Shown here: in pieces, positions 13,104 to 27,075 of the stretch
Numbering within the stretch: the stretch's first letter is position 1
Layout: every line of letters begins with the position of its first letter
From: Felis catus
Lineage: Eukaryota
DNA length: 64,000 bases
NCBI RefSeq assembly: GCF_018350175.1
Contig: NC_058368.1
Coordinates: 39,992,001 to 40,056,000 of the forward strand
Direction of reading: 5' to 3'
The notes under the pieces: model-generated
What the model was told of the DNA's origin: nothing
Seen by the model: the letters and a program-made list of their open reading frames with translations, nothing else
Databases searched by the model: none
Program-made: the position numbers and the translations under genes

Positions 13104-14567
13104 AAAAGCTCCATTTTTGTTTCTTTACAGAGACATAATTAACAAAAATTGTTTATGACTATGGAATAGAAGTGTATGTTTAGAACACTTAAGATCTCAT
13201 TCTTAGCAAATTTCAATAATATGATACAGTATCAACAACTATGTTGTTAACATGATGTATGCTAGATCCCTAGAATTTATTCATCTTGCATAAAATTAAA
13301 CTTTGTACTCTTTGACCAGCATCTACCCATTTCCCCCAATCCTAGCCCCCCAACAACCATGATTCTACTTTGCTTCTATTAGTTCAACTATTTTAGATTC
13401 CACATATAGCATTTGAGAACATGTAGCATTTGTCTTTTATAGCTGATTTATTTCACTTAGCATAATGCCTTCAAGTTCCATCCATACTACCACAAATGGC
13501 AGGATTTCCATCTTTTTAATGGTTTAAACAAAAAACAACTCTTAGTTTTGATAATTTTCTATTGTTTTTTATTCTCTGGATTTACTTCTGCCTTCACCTT
13601 TATTATTTCCTTCCTTCTGCTTAACTTTGGGCTTAGTGTATTCTTTTTCTAGTTCCTTGAGATTTAAAGTTGGGTTGTTTATTTGCAATCTTTTTTAATG
13701 TAGGCATTTATTGCTATAAACATCAATATTAGTACTGCTTTTGCTATATCTCATAAATTTTGGCATGTTATGTTTTTGTTTTCATTTGTCTCAAGATATT
13801 TTTTAAATTACTTTTTGATTTCTTATTTAATCCAATGGCTGTTCAAGAGTTTGTTTAGTTTCCACGTATTTGTATGTTTTACTGTTTTCTTACTGTTAAT
13901 GATTTCTACTTTCATTCCAGTATAGTAGGAAAAAGTACTGGGAATGGTTTCAATCTTGTTAATTTATCAAGAATTGTTTTGTGACCTAACATGTGATGTA
14001 TCCTGGAAAATATTCCAGAGCTCCACTGTTAGGTGCATATATATTTACAACTGTTCTTTCTTCCCCTTCACCTTTTAATCATTAAAAAATAGCTTTCTTT
14101 GTCTCTTGTGACAGTTTTTAAGTTAAAGTCTATTTTGTTTGATATAAGTACAGTCATCTCTGTACTCTCTTTTGGTTACCATTTGCATAAAATATATTCT
14201 CCACTCCTTTTTCAGCCTATGTGTGTCCTTAAATCTAATGTGAATCTCTTGAAGACAGCACATAGTTGGGTCTTGTTTTTATATCCATTTTGCCAATTGG
14301 TCTCTACTCAGAAGTTGAGTACATTTATATATAATGAAATTATTGACAGGTAAGGACTTACTACTACCATCTGGTTAACTGTTTTCTGTCTGCTTTGTAG
14401 TCCTCTTGTTTCTCTCTTCTGTTGCAGTTTTTCTTTATAGTTTGATGGTGTTTTGTTGTGGTGTGTTTTGAGTCTTTTCCCTTTGTCATTTTTGTGTCTC
14501 TGGTCCACAGGTTTTTTGATGTGTGTTAATATAGGTTCACATACAACATGCTATAGTTACAGAAATC

Positions 14568-14761
14568 TTTTTATTATTATTTAGAGAGAGAGAGAGAGAG
14601 AGAGTGCAGAGGAGAGGGGCAGAGGGAGAGAGAGAGAATCTTAAGCAGGCTCCATGCTCAGTGTGGAGCCCAACACACGGCTCAATCCCACACCGCTAGG
14701 ATCATGACCTAAACTGAAATCAAGAGTCAGATGTTCAACCAACTGAGCCACCCAAGTGCCT
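14568..14761 (-). mobile_element. CanSINE within an L1
   Basis: GA repeat; TSD cagaaatc. Confidence 0.9.
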
Positions 14762-14818
14762 GCAGAAATCATTTTAAAGCTAATAACTTAACTATAATTA
14801 CAAACAGAAATTGACACT

Positions 14819-14821
<3 letters not shown>

Positions 14822-14860
<39 letters not shown>
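14822..14860 (+). repeat. (CA)n microsatellite
   Basis: Uninterrupted CA run. Confidence 0.95.
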
Positions 14861-14862
<2 letters not shown>

Positions 14863-16091
14863 TATGGAATTGATGTCAGATTTTATTTCTTTCTATATTA
14901 TGTTTCCATTAACAAATTTCTGTGCTTATAGTTATTCTTACTAGTTTTGTCCTTTATGTGCCACAATTACATTATTACAATATTCTGTCTGTCTTTATAT
15001 TTAACTTCAGCAGTAAAACTTATCCTTTATATATTTTGTTTTGTTAAACTTTTCTTTTCAACTTGAAGAACTCCATTTAGCGCTTCTTATAAAGCAGGTC
15101 TAGAGATGATGAACTTTCCTCAGTTTTTGTGTTTTGCAGTCTTTATCTCTCCTTCATTTCCAATGGACAGTTTCACTAGATAAAGTATTCTTGGCCAGCA
15201 GTTTTTTTCTGTCAGTACTTATTTATTTATTGTCACATTCTTCCTGATTTGCAAAGTTTCTACCGAGGTATTTGCTGATAATCTTAAGAGGGTTCCCTTG
15301 TATGTGATAAATAAACTTTCTCTTGCTGTCTTTAAAATTCTTTGTCCTCGATTTTTGACAATGTAGTTAATGTGTCTCAACGTAGACCTCTTTGCTCTAC
15401 CTGTTTAATGTCAAATGACCAGTCTTTGAGTTGGCTGATTCTATCTTCTGCCTAATAAAGTTTCAAATTAAAGCATTATATTGATTTTTTTTTCAGTTTA
15501 GTCATTGTATTCTTCAGCTCCAGGATTTTGTTTGGTTATATTTATGGTTTCTATTTACTTATTAAATTTCTCATTTTGTTCATGTATTATTTTCCTGTTT
15601 TTACTTAATGTCTATCAGTGTTCTCTTGCAGCTCATTGAGCTTCTTTAAGTTGATTATTTTGAATTCTTTATGAAACAGTTTATGAATATACATTACTTT
15701 AGGGTTAGTTACTGAAGCCTTTTAGTTTCCTTTGATGATGTCGCCTTTGCCTGATTTTTCATGATCCAAACAGACTTGTGTTGGGGCCTGTGCATTTGAA
15801 GCAGCAGAAACCTCTTCCAATCTTTACAGTCTAGTTTAGGTAAGTACAGACCTTCTGTTGGGTCCTCCTCTGTTAAGACTACCTCAAGGATTACAGTTGA
15901 GCAGGACTGAAGCTGGATCATAGTGCCACTTCTCTATCTGCACATGGTCCACAGACAGTGGGTCTGTTAACAGTGTTGTGGATGTGTAAGTCTCCTGCCT
16001 AGTGCCTGAGAGGGCTCATGTCTGGTCATTGAGAAGATCCTGGGATACACAAGACTGCCTCTGGGACTGTGGTCAAAAAGGGCTGGAGCTG

Positions 16092-16312
16092 GGGGGCACT
16101 GGATGGCTCCGTCAGTTAAGCGCCCAACTTTGGCTCGGGTCATGATCTCACAGTTTGTGAGTTCGAGCCCCGCGTCAGGCTCTGTACTGACAGCTCAGAG
16201 CCTGGAGCCTGCTTCAGATTTTGTGTCTCCCCCTCTTTCTGCCCCTCCCATGCTCATGTTCTGTCTCTCTCTGTCTCTCAATAATAAATAAACATTTTAA
16301 AAAAAATTTTTA
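16092..16312 (+). mobile_element. CanSINE
   Basis: TSD aagggctggagctggg. Confidence 0.93.
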
Positions 16313-18029
16313 AAGGGCTGGAGCTGGGTCATGGGGCCACTGCTTGGTTCACATTCAGATCTATAAGCAGTAGGCCAGTTACCAGTACACAAATAAGTGC
16401 AGCACCAGCCAGGTTCATAGATGAGCTTCCGCTATGTCCCTGGGCTCATCCCTGGGTGGGAAGGACTGCCACTGGGGCAGTATTCAATCAGGCTAGATCC
16501 AGGTTAGGGACTACTTCCAAGTCTGCAGTCAAGTCCATGGTTGGTGAGCTGCTCTTGGGATCATGGAGGACTGTGACCCCCATCACATCCCTGAGCAGGC
16601 AAATCACAGGGTACTTCTGGACCCACAGTTCAGTCTGTGATGATCAGGAGTGGTACCAGGGGCAGAGATGGAGTGCTTCTCCTGGATCCATTGGCAAATG
16701 GGGCTGGTGAGAGGACCTTGGACAAGCAGGACTAAAGCTAAGTTCCCTAACAGGCTACTTCTAGGTCTATAGCCAGAATCACAGTTGGTGGACATGCTAC
16801 CAGGGTATGGACCTCAATTCCCAAAGCAGCCCCCTCTTTGGTATTGGGCTCTACAGGGATTTTGCAACATATTACCCAAGTCTCCCACAATACCATTACT
16901 AACTGTATATAGGTAACAAATTACTGTTTCTGTCAGGGGATAACTGCTGGGTTTATCCTATTCCACCATTTTGTTGATGTCCCTGCCTATCCTCATCTTA
17001 AATAACATAACTTAGCAAAGATCAAAGTATCCTATAGTCTAAAAAACTACACATATTTATTTCTCAGTAAGAAGATGCTTTGAGTGTACCACCAAGGTAC
17101 ACAAGGTAAACAAGGTAAATATATAAATATTAACAATTACACTACAATCTATCAGATACCTCTGCTGACTAATACAGCTGTAGGACAGGTGTTAAGAAGG
17201 CCCACAGAACATTCACCTATCTGGTCTTTACGCTAGGATAGCATGAAGGTCCCCACCTCTTTACTCTTACTCTAAACCTTGGAATGATTATTTAATCGCC
17301 GATTTTAACTAGAATTTTATAAAATAATGAACACGAAAACAGCCAATAAATTGTTAGTAACAATGCAAATTTAATATTAGTATTATTTGAATGGTAAGCT
17401 AACATTATTAATTAGTTAAATATTTTGAGCAAATACTCATTCCCCTTTCTGTAAATCTCAGATCCTTTTTCAGATACTTATTCATATAGCAAATAAGTCA
17501 GTAAGAAATGTCATTTTTGCATATTATTTCACCCACCATGCTATCTTTAGTTTCCAAATAAATTAAGCATCATATGTTTATTATAAGAGGTGTTATAAAT
17601 CAAACATTACATTTCAACCATGAATAATTTCTCCAGTAAACATATTAAGTCATGATATTTTTACCATCTACTAGAAGAGCATAAAACTCTTGTTTTTTTT
17701 CTTCAAAATTGGAACAGTCTAGGTTGGAATTTTCAGTCATCTGGAATGAAGACATGATCACCAGATTTATCTATGTATCCACCCATATGAAAATCTTTAT
17801 TATGCACCTTCCATATAATTGGCATGTTCTAGGTAATAGGCATACAGTCATGAAAAACAAAGTTTCTTCCCTCGAGCAGATTGTATTTTGCATCTGTGGC
17901 AGAGGTGGAAAGGTAGCAAACGTGGAACCAAAAATAATGAGATCATTTCAGAAACCAATAATTATGGGCACAGTCACATGTGTAATGTTATAAAGACTGA
18001 CTAGGGGGGAGAACAGATTATTCTAGACT

Positions 18030-18173
18030 GAGTATTAGAAAGTATAGCATTGGCACAAAATCAGATAATAGATCAAGAGAAAAGAATAGAGAATCTAGAA
18101 ATAAGCCTGCCTGTATTTGGACAAGTAATTACCAAAGTACAGTGTTTTCAATAAATAGGGTATCCATATTTTA

Positions 18174-18207
<34 letters not shown>

Positions 18208-19485
18208 TTTCAACGTTTTTATTTTATTTCTGGGACAGAGAGAGACAGAGCATGAACGGGGGAGGGGCAGAGAGAGAGGGAGACACAGAATCGGAAACAG
18301 GCTCCAGGCTCCGAGCCGTCAGCTCAGAGCCTGACGCGGGGCTCGAACTCCCGGACCGCGAGATCGTGACCTGGCTGAAGTCGGACGCTTAACCGACTGC
18401 GCCACCCAGGCGCCCCTAGGGTATCCATATTTTAAAAAGTGATATGTGCTCCATGACTTAAACCACAGACAAAACTTAACTAATTTAACTAACTAACTTA
18501 ATAAAATCTAACTAACATAAAAAATGCAACCTGAAACTGCAAATTTCTGGAAGAGAACATATAAGAAAATCTTTGTGATCTTGGGTTTGGGTTTGGCAAA
18601 TATTTCTTAGATATAACACCAAAATGAAGATGCATAAAAACATAACAAGTTAAATGTCGTCAAAATGGAAAACTTGTTTTTCAAATGTTACTATTAAGAG
18701 ACTTAAAGATAAACTACAGACACAGAGAAATATTTGTATATTATACATCTGACAAATGACAATGCTATTGTCATAACTGTTAGGGAAACATAAATAGAAA
18801 TCACAAGGATATTACTACAGCTCTATTAAAAGAACTAAAATTATTAGAATGATCATACCAAGTGTTGGTGGGAATGAGGACCAAATGGAAGTCTCAAACA
18901 ATGCTGGTGGGAAGGAAGAATGGGATAGCTGCTTTAGAATGCAGCTTGTCAGTTTCTTAAAAGTAAAACATGTATCTACCATAGAATCCAGCTATTCTAT
19001 GCCTAGGTAATTTCCCAAAAGGAAAGCATATCTTAAAACACACAGATGCCCACAGAAACTTTATTTGTAGTAGCCAAATATCCATCAACAGGAAAATATG
19101 GTAACCAAACCCTTTAATAAAAAGGGATCAACTATAGATAACATGCAACAATGTGACCGAACCTTGAAAAAGGTGTGCTAAACGAAAGAAGCCAAAAATG
19201 AAAGACTGCTGAGTATATACTCCGGTTTATATAAAACTCTAGAAAATGCAGATTAATTTACAATATAGTTGTCTAGGGATGGGGTGATATGAAGGATGGG
19301 TATCTTGAGGGACAGGAGAGAAATTCTAAAGGAACAGAGAATCCTTTAAGGTTATGGACAAAAACTCTTTTAATTTGGTTGTCATTTCATGTATATATAC
19401 ATATATCAAACCTTACTAAATTGCATAGTTTAAAATTGTGCTGTTTATTGTATGTAGATTTTGCCTAATAAAACTGTTTAAAAAA
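18030..19485 (+). mobile_element. Old L1 (L1MC/MD-like) 3' portion
   Basis: gaatagagaatctagaaataa, ataccaagtgttgg, catgcaacaa; terminal aataaaactgtttaaaaaa. Confidence 0.85.
18169..18416 (-). mobile_element. Young felid CanSINE inserted in an L1
   Basis: Near-consensus, long poly-T, TSD tagggtatccatatttt. Confidence 0.97.
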
Positions 19486-19592
19486 TACCAGGCTATAAGA
19501 ATTCAAGATTAGGATTGGTATTGCAAGATGTGATATACAATATTATAAACTTCCAGAAGAAATTCAATTATGGCGAAAAGAAAATCTGCCTT

Positions 19593-19816
19593 GGGGGGCC
19601 TGGGTGGCGCAGTCGATTAAGTGTTCGACTTCAGCTCAGGTCATGATCTCGCCGTCTGGAGTTCGGGCCCCGTGGCGGGCTCTGTGCTGACAGCTCAGAG
19701 CCTGGAGCCTGCTTTGGGTTCTGTGTCTCCCTCTCTCTCTGCCCCTCCCCCGCTCACGCTCTGTCTCTCTGTCTCTGAAAAATGAATAAACCTTAAATAA
19801 AAAAATTTTAAAAAAA
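19593..19816 (+). mobile_element. CanSINE
   Basis: TSD aaatct(g/c)ccttg. Confidence 0.94.
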
Positions 19817-21876
19817 GGAAATCTCCCTTGATTCTAAATATCTTGGGAATTAAAATAAGATTTTAATAATTCCCTTTTGATGGAAGAAATATTTTTGAAT
19901 TAATATGGTTTGTCTTTGGTAATTCCTCTTACCAGTATCCCTGTAACTTTCATATCAAGCACCATGCCTGAAGAGACACAGAGCATAGAGATTTTTTTCA
20001 TAAAGAGGGTATTCTTTCTTGTAGTAAACCAGAGTTATGAAGCTTATTTGCCCTCTTGAAGAGAGAACATAAAAAGAAGAGTAATCAACTCCTAAAAGGA
20101 AAAGTTTTACTCTCTTCTATCACAGAATATGGAAAGGAGAAACAAAATGGAGACTAGGTTGAGTGGTCATGTGCACTTTCCCTTATTCAAGATCAAGAGC
20201 AAAGATCATTTCAAAAACATGAAAACAGTAATATGAGAAGAAGAGAGTATTAATGGGTTTGATATCAATTGTCTTTGGCATAGGTTATGGTTGATGCAGC
20301 CCAGAGAGAAACTCTGGTCATAACTATGCCTTGTCCAACATGGAACGGGGACTAAAGAATTGCACTGCCACAAGGGAATGGCTACACATGAGGAATATGT
20401 AGAGATCAGAAATTCTTGAGTGACTGGTTAAAGAAAGCAGACATGTGGTAAGTGGATATCTTCAGATGCAGTCATTCCTCAGAAGTGATAACAGTTTCAG
20501 ACCAGAACCTTTATGAGTGCAAGAATACAGAGGTCACCATGAGGTCTTGATTCTTCTTTGTCTCAGAGGATCATGAGTACCTACACCCCTACAACCAGAA
20601 ATTATCTTGGAGAGCATCAGGTAAAGGGGAAGAACTTACCCAAACCACACTGAATCATCCAAGGAGAAAACATAAACCAAAAGACTCTATAACACTGTAA
20701 ATTATTAAGTTAAAAGAATATGACACTATTAAAATAATAGAGGGGTTTTCAGAATGATTGCATTAGTCAAAAAATGAGATACAATATTTTCTTTGTAAAT
20801 CTGAGTACAATATTTACAATTTTTAATCCTGCTATATCCTTTAAATAACTAAACTTAAAGCAAGACACTAGCTCTGATGAGTAAAACAATAAAGAAGCAA
20901 TTAAGCCAAGAACTGAAGGCATATGCCAATGAATCACAATGAAGATGAAGATTATATAATTTTAAGTATAGGCTGAGTTCACTTCAAAGCAATAAAAACT
21001 AGCATAAAAATTTAGCAACTGAAAAACTGGTACGTTTTTTTCAGAAGATGTTTATCTTTCTATAACATTTTTAAGGCTACTCATCAGCATGAAAATTTAA
21101 TACATTGTTCAGGCAAGAGCCTTTCATAGATATTCTCTTGCAATATCCAAGGTGGGTTGTTTCATATGTAAGAGCAAATATTAGAAAACTTTGTGTCTTG
21201 TTTTTGTTTTTGTTTTAACCATCTTATATTTCTAGCAGGTCTGAAAAAAGAACAGATTTGTACTTGAATAGTTTCCAACCAATCTGTTGAATTCTGCCTG
21301 TGCTTCAATTCAATTTCATGGTGATTTCATAAACAGGTTGTATTTTAATCCACTCTGCTATTTAACTGATAGCTATCACTCCTTGTTAGAGTGTCGTATT
21401 ATATATTTACCACACAAATTAAAATGAGAGCACATTTTTAAACAATCTATAGTTTGAATAGTTTCCTAATGAAAACCTCAATTTTTCCTTTCTGACGATA
21501 TAATGATATGGGTTGCTGTTTTTTTTTACTAAGAGGTATTGCTATCTTTTCATAGTTTTAATAATGTTTATGCTGAGTCCACTTACCTAGCCATACTACT
21601 ATTAGAAAGGTTGAGTAACTACTTTAATTACAACTCATAGGAAATAGTTAATTATGTGTAATCATTAAATGAGAGAAATGGAGAGACAACTCAAGACATT
21701 CTGCTCTGTTAAGTATTTTCAACATATTTGAAAAATATCTGTTTTGTATTCTCAATTAACCCTACTCTGTGTTATAAATAAAATGGATTTTGTTTTATTA
21801 TTTTTTCTTTCACTGTGACAATTATGTATAGCTACCATATTAGTAAAAATGGGAATCTCTTAAAACAAAATATGTT

Positions 21877-22070
21877 GGGGTGCCTGGGAGTCTCAGTCAG
21901 TTAAGCAACTGACTCTTGACTTCGGCCAGGTCATGACCTTATAGTCATGAGATCAAGCCCCAGGTCAGCCCTGTCCTGAGCATGGAGTCTGCTTGGGATT
22001 CTCTCTCCGTTTCTCTCTGCCCCTCCCTTGCTCACGCTCTCTCTCAAAATAAATACGCTTTAAAAAAAAA
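21877..22070 (+). mobile_element. CanSINE
   Basis: TSD aaaatatgtt. Confidence 0.9.
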
Positions 22071-22213
22071 GATAAAATATGTTAATATTTTTATTACTTA
22101 GTACATAATATAACATTATTAGAAAACAACTATAATACGACATATGATAAAAAATGATCGAATTCACAATTGAGCTGAAAGAAATGGCAACAGCATATGT
22201 TATATTAAAAGTA

Positions 22214-22420
22214 GGGGCACCTGCATGGCTTAGTCAGCTGAGTGTCCAACTCTTGGTTTCAGTTCAGGTCATGATCTCACAGTTCATGAGTTCGAGTCCC
22301 ACATTGGGCTTCGTGCTGAAAGTGCAGAGCCTGCTTGGGATTCTCTCTCTCACTCTCTGCCCTTCTCCTGCTTGCTGTCTCTCTCTCTCAAAATAAATAA
22401 ATAAACTTAAAAAAATTTTA
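22214..22420 (+). mobile_element. CanSINE
   Basis: Head, CT repeat and aataaa tail. Confidence 0.9.
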
Positions 22421-23416
22421 AAGTTCATTTCTTCTCACCCTCTTCTCCTTTTCCTGCTCTTATTCCTCTTTCTTCTTCTTTTCTTTCTCTCTCTCTCTCT
22501 CTCTCCTCCTACTCCCAAGCTGATCAACTGATCTTGAAATAGTAGCATTTGAGGACTTTCACTTGAGCAACTCTGGACCAGAATGTTGGGTGTCTGAGTG
22601 TTGTTGAACAATGGTCATAGTAGCCTCAACAAGGAATCGGCCTCAGGACCTGCCTAACAGGAGAATTTGGTAGATAGAGTCCCTCACTTTCTTCAAGGAT
22701 TGGTGGAAAAACTCTTCTATGCATCCTTCACTAAACAGATGCCCTGTCTTTCTTATTGGATTCCCTAGAGCATAGCCTCCATATCATCAAGCCACTGGTT
22801 GACTATACACTGCATTGTATTCTTCTCAAATTATTCAATGTATATAAGCTTTTTTTACCTCATTAAATAAAATATACAAAAAGAAAAAAAGTAATTTCCA
22901 AGTTTCAGTGATAATCACTTTATCTGATATTGTTACACATGAAAATTAAGGACATTTATATTTTTAGGAAAAAGATACATATGTTTTTTCAGATTGATGA
23001 CATTTAGATCTTAAAGACCATGATTAAGACACCAAACTCACCAAAAACCCCAACTAAAAAAATACTAGTATGACTTTCTTAAGAAAATAAAAATGTTAAT
23101 AAGATTTTAAAGATGCTAATTTTCACAAAATTAAATCATTTTTTTCAATTAAAAAACAATGTGTTTACAGAAGCAACTAATTTATACAAAGCATGATTGT
23201 AAGTAAAATTTAAAGATAATTAACTATAATTGGTATGGTAAAGATGAGAAACATTCTTTTAAGAATATGAATTTTTTAGAACAATCAGGATTTAGTTTAG
23301 AGACAATCTCCATTATCATGATTGTTTTGATTTTGGTTTGTTTCCTTCTACCAACTTAACACTGCCCCTTTTTCAAATAAGAAGAATTTTCATATGTGAC
23401 TTAAAAAACAAACCCA

Positions 23417-23600
23417 GGGGCACCTGGGTGGCTCAGCATCTGATTTCAGGATCCTGCAGTTCATGGATTCGAGTCCCGCATCAGGTTCTGCGCTGTCAGC
23501 TCAGAGCCTGGAACCTGCTTCAGATTCTGTGTCTCCCTCTCTCTCTGCCCTCCCACACTCGTGCTCTCTCACAAAAACAAACATTAAAAAAAAAAAAAAA
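23417..23600 (+). mobile_element. CanSINE with internal deletions
   Basis: TSD acaaaccca; A tail. Confidence 0.9.
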
Positions 23601-24642
23601 GACAAACCCAAGTTTACTATTCATATATATGTCATAAACCCAGCAAAAGGGAGAGGTCTGATATGTTGACAGATTTTAAGATTTTTAAAATCAACCTTAG
23701 AGGTCTCATTTCTCTTGAGATAACCAAAGCAACAAAGAAAGATATAAACCATATGATATTATTACAAAGTTAACTACATATAGAATTCCTTGAAATGTGT
23801 ATGATACTAAAATATTAGTATAAAGTCTGTAATAATGCCTGCAATATAGGCTTAATAAAATCTGTGGTGTGTAATAGCATACATTGAAAATATTATCTTA
23901 TATTTTAATTTAAAATATTTTTTTCTCCTTATGTTAGAAGGACCAATAAGGACTTATGTGGTCAGTAAGATGACATTTCTACAGGGCCTGCTCCAATCTC
24001 CTGCTAATTACTGCAAAGAGGTTATCTAGCTTTGGTTTACTGAAACTATAATTTCCAATGTTATCTTTTAGTTGATCTAGGACTTATTTAAAAATATGTT
24101 GCTTAATATCAAAATCTATGAAAATTTTCTAATTATATTTTGCCATCATTACTTTGTTTTATTCCGTGGTAGAGCTTGCTTCATGTCTCAATATGGGATA
24201 TAATTTTAAGATATCCCATTCCACTTGAAACAAGAAGGCATACATAACCTCTCTGAGCAGATAGTCCAGACAGCACATCTCACCATGCTCATATTAATGA
24301 TTTGTCCCTGGTTTTACTTATGTCCATGAGGGTGGGGCACCATACAACAACTAAAAAATAGGAGAAAACTCAACCAACAAAACTGTACTGGAGTACACAG
24401 CCATTTAAATAAAGCGATAAAAAGAAAATTAAAATAAGGCAGATTAGAAAGTAAAAAGTAAAAATATCTTAAATAACAGGTAACATCTTTCATGTAGACA
24501 ATCATAAGAAATACACGCATACTTCACAGGCACACACATACATACACACACGCTCACAAATTACTTGAACAAATTAAGAGGTTTAGTAAGGTCACAGGAT
24601 GCAAGATCAATACGTAAATATCAATTGCGTTTCTGTATTTCT

Positions 24643-25175
24643 TGAAGGTCAAGGTTTTTAAACCTAATCAATGAAAAAGTCATGCACAAGGTGACAGTTG
24701 CGGACAAGGTTTATTTAGACAGGCGGAATAAGAATGAAATTCCCTCAGAGAAGGAGGACTTCCAGAGACGGCAGTGTGGGGCCATCACCCAGAAGGGTAA
24801 GAGGGCAAATGAACTCCCAGGGTAAAGGCAAATCAGAGAGAGGCTTATGTGTCTGGGCAATGTCAATCAGCTGCACAGCAGAGTCTCTTGGTCAAAGACC
24901 TCCCAAAGTCAGCAGTAACTTGGGGTCTTTTTATAACCTCAGGGTTTGTCTTACCAACTAGCATCTGTGGGGTGCAGGTTTGCAGGGTATGCAAAGAAGG
25001 CAGGCTCTAACTGGCTAAACATGCTTACTTGGGGTATATTAAAACAACTGGATGTATAAAATTTGAGTTTGGTACCAGCAGCTTTTGAGATAATAGTCCC
25101 AGTCTGCTATAAACAACCCAGTAAACAAGACAAGAGCCAATATACAGGGAGTATCTCTAACCCATTTTTATAACA
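24643..25175 (-). mobile_element. Solo LTR (ERV1-like) inserted in an L1 ORF2 remnant
   Basis: TG...CA ends, reverse AATAAA (~24708) and reverse TATAAA (~24930); L1 sequence resumes on both sides. No clear TSD. Confidence 0.7.
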
Positions 25176-25984
25176 TGCAAACTAGCAAAAAAAAAAAAAA
25201 AAGGATCAATAAAATTAGGAAAATAATTCCTTTCACAACACCCAAAAAAAAAAAAAGAAAAGAAAGAAATTTAGCAAAAGAAGTGTAAACCTTTATACTG
25301 AAAAGTACAAAACATTTCTGAGAAAAATTAAAGAAGTTACAAATAAATGAAAACAATATGTTTGTGGGTGGGAAAACTCAGTATTGTTTACATAATAGTT
25401 ATCAACTTTGACCTAACAATTCAATATAATCCCTCTCAAAATTCCAGCAGGATTTTTGATAGAATTTGAGAACCCTAAAATTCACGTAATAATTCAAAGA
25501 ACACATGACAGCCAAAACAACTTTGATGAAGAATAAAGTTGGCAAGTTTACACTACCTGATTTCAACAATTATAAAACTACAGTAATTGAGATAGTGTGG
25601 TATTGATGTCAAGATCAACAAATTAAAGCAACAGCAAAAGATCTAAAAATAGATCCACACATATATTCTCAACTGATTTTCAATAAACGTCAAAAGGGAT
25701 AGTCTTTGTAACACATAGTGTCAGATTGGGATATTTACATACAAATAAATGAACTTAGATCCTTACTTCACACATATAAAAATTTAACACAAAATAGATC
25801 ATAAACTTAAAAGGGCTAGGTCTGTAAAATGTCTATAAGAAAACAAAGTAGGAAATCTTTATGACCTTGGGTAGGCCAAGATTTCTTGGATAGAATAGTA
25901 GGATCCATAAAAGAAAAAAAAAAAAAAAAGATTAATTCAACTTCTTCAAAATTTAAAGGAGTTTGCTTTTAAAAAAATAGTATT

Positions 25985-26200
25985 GGGGGGGGGGAGGTGC
26001 CTGGGTGGTTTAGTCGGTTAGGCGTCCGACTTCAGCTCAGGTCACGATCTCACAGTTTGTGGGTTCAAGCCCTGCATCGGGCTCTGTGCTGACAGCTCAG
26101 AGCCTGGAGCCTGCTTTGGATTATGTCTTCCTTCCTCTCTGCTCCTCCCCCACTCATGCTCTGTCTCTCTCTCTCTCAAAAATGAATAAACTTAAAAAAA
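25985..26200 (+). mobile_element. CanSINE within an L1
   Basis: TSD aaaaaaatagtatt. Confidence 0.92.
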
Positions 26201-26854
26201 ATAGTATTAGGAAAATTAACAGATAACCCCAAATTGGGCAAATATTTGAAAGCACACACCTGAGGAAAGGCTTGTATCCAGAATATACATAAAATATTTC
26301 CTACAACTTAACAAAAGATAATGCAATTAAAAACTGAACAAAAGATTCAATTACTTAACAAAAAATATATACAGATGGCAAATAAGCATATAAGATGTTC
26401 AGCATAGGTAGTAATTAAAAAATTTAATGAGATATCATTACATATCTATTAGACTAAAATTTAAAAGAACGACCATATGAAGTGTTGCAGTGACACGAAT
26501 GAAGTAAAATTCTCATACACTGTAGCCAGGACTAAATGTTGTAGTCACTTAGAAAAAGTTTAGCACTTTCTTTAAAAATTAACCTATTACGTCCATATAA
26601 CCTAGCATTTCTACTCATAGGTGCATACCATGAGAATGTGGTTATCAGATCTCCAAGTACAGGGAGCTTGATTAATCGACCACCTACCCTGTTTAACTCT
26701 GAAATTGATCTGTTTTTGTTCAAGGTCACACTTTCATGGGCTGCTTCCAGCCAATAACTGACCATGAGTTACCAGCATAAGCCCATTGTTGAGGGATACA
26801 GAACCCCTCTGTTGGCAGACTATAGCTTGAGAATCTCCATCTTGCCATTTTCCC

Positions 26855-27075
26855 TTTTTTTTCTTGTATTATAGTTGGCATAAGATATTCTATTAGTTTT
26901 GGGTATGAAACACAGTGACTCGCCATTATGTACAATGGTCACCATGATAAGGGTAGGTACCAAGTGTTAACGTTATTACAATATTATTGACTGCATTTTC
27001 TATGCTATACTTTACATCCCCAGATTTACTTATTTTATAACTGGATGTTTGTACCTCCTCTCCTATTTCACCGAC
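26855..27075 (-). mobile_element. Short L1 3' end inserted in an LTR-like fragment (~26637-27275)
   Basis: Poly-T, then gtattatagttggcata..., ttattacaatattattgact and acttattttataactgg. Confidence 0.75.

Larger units (their letters stand above)
13135..16990 (-). mobile_element. L1 remnants in antisense: 3' end (13135-13530), ORF2/ORF1 fragments and a GC-richer 5' UTR-like part (~15800-16990)
   Basis: T-rich strand with ttagattccacatata, atttcacttagcataatg, gtgacctaacatgtgat and aggacttactactaccat. Confidence 0.85.
24330..26635 (+). mobile_element. Old L1 ORF2 3' half and 3' UTR (degenerate)
   Basis: L1 ORF2 motifs cactacctgatttcaa..tataaaactacagtaatt..agtgtggtattg, gatccacacatata..caactgattttcaa and ccttacttcacac. 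Confidence 0.85.
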
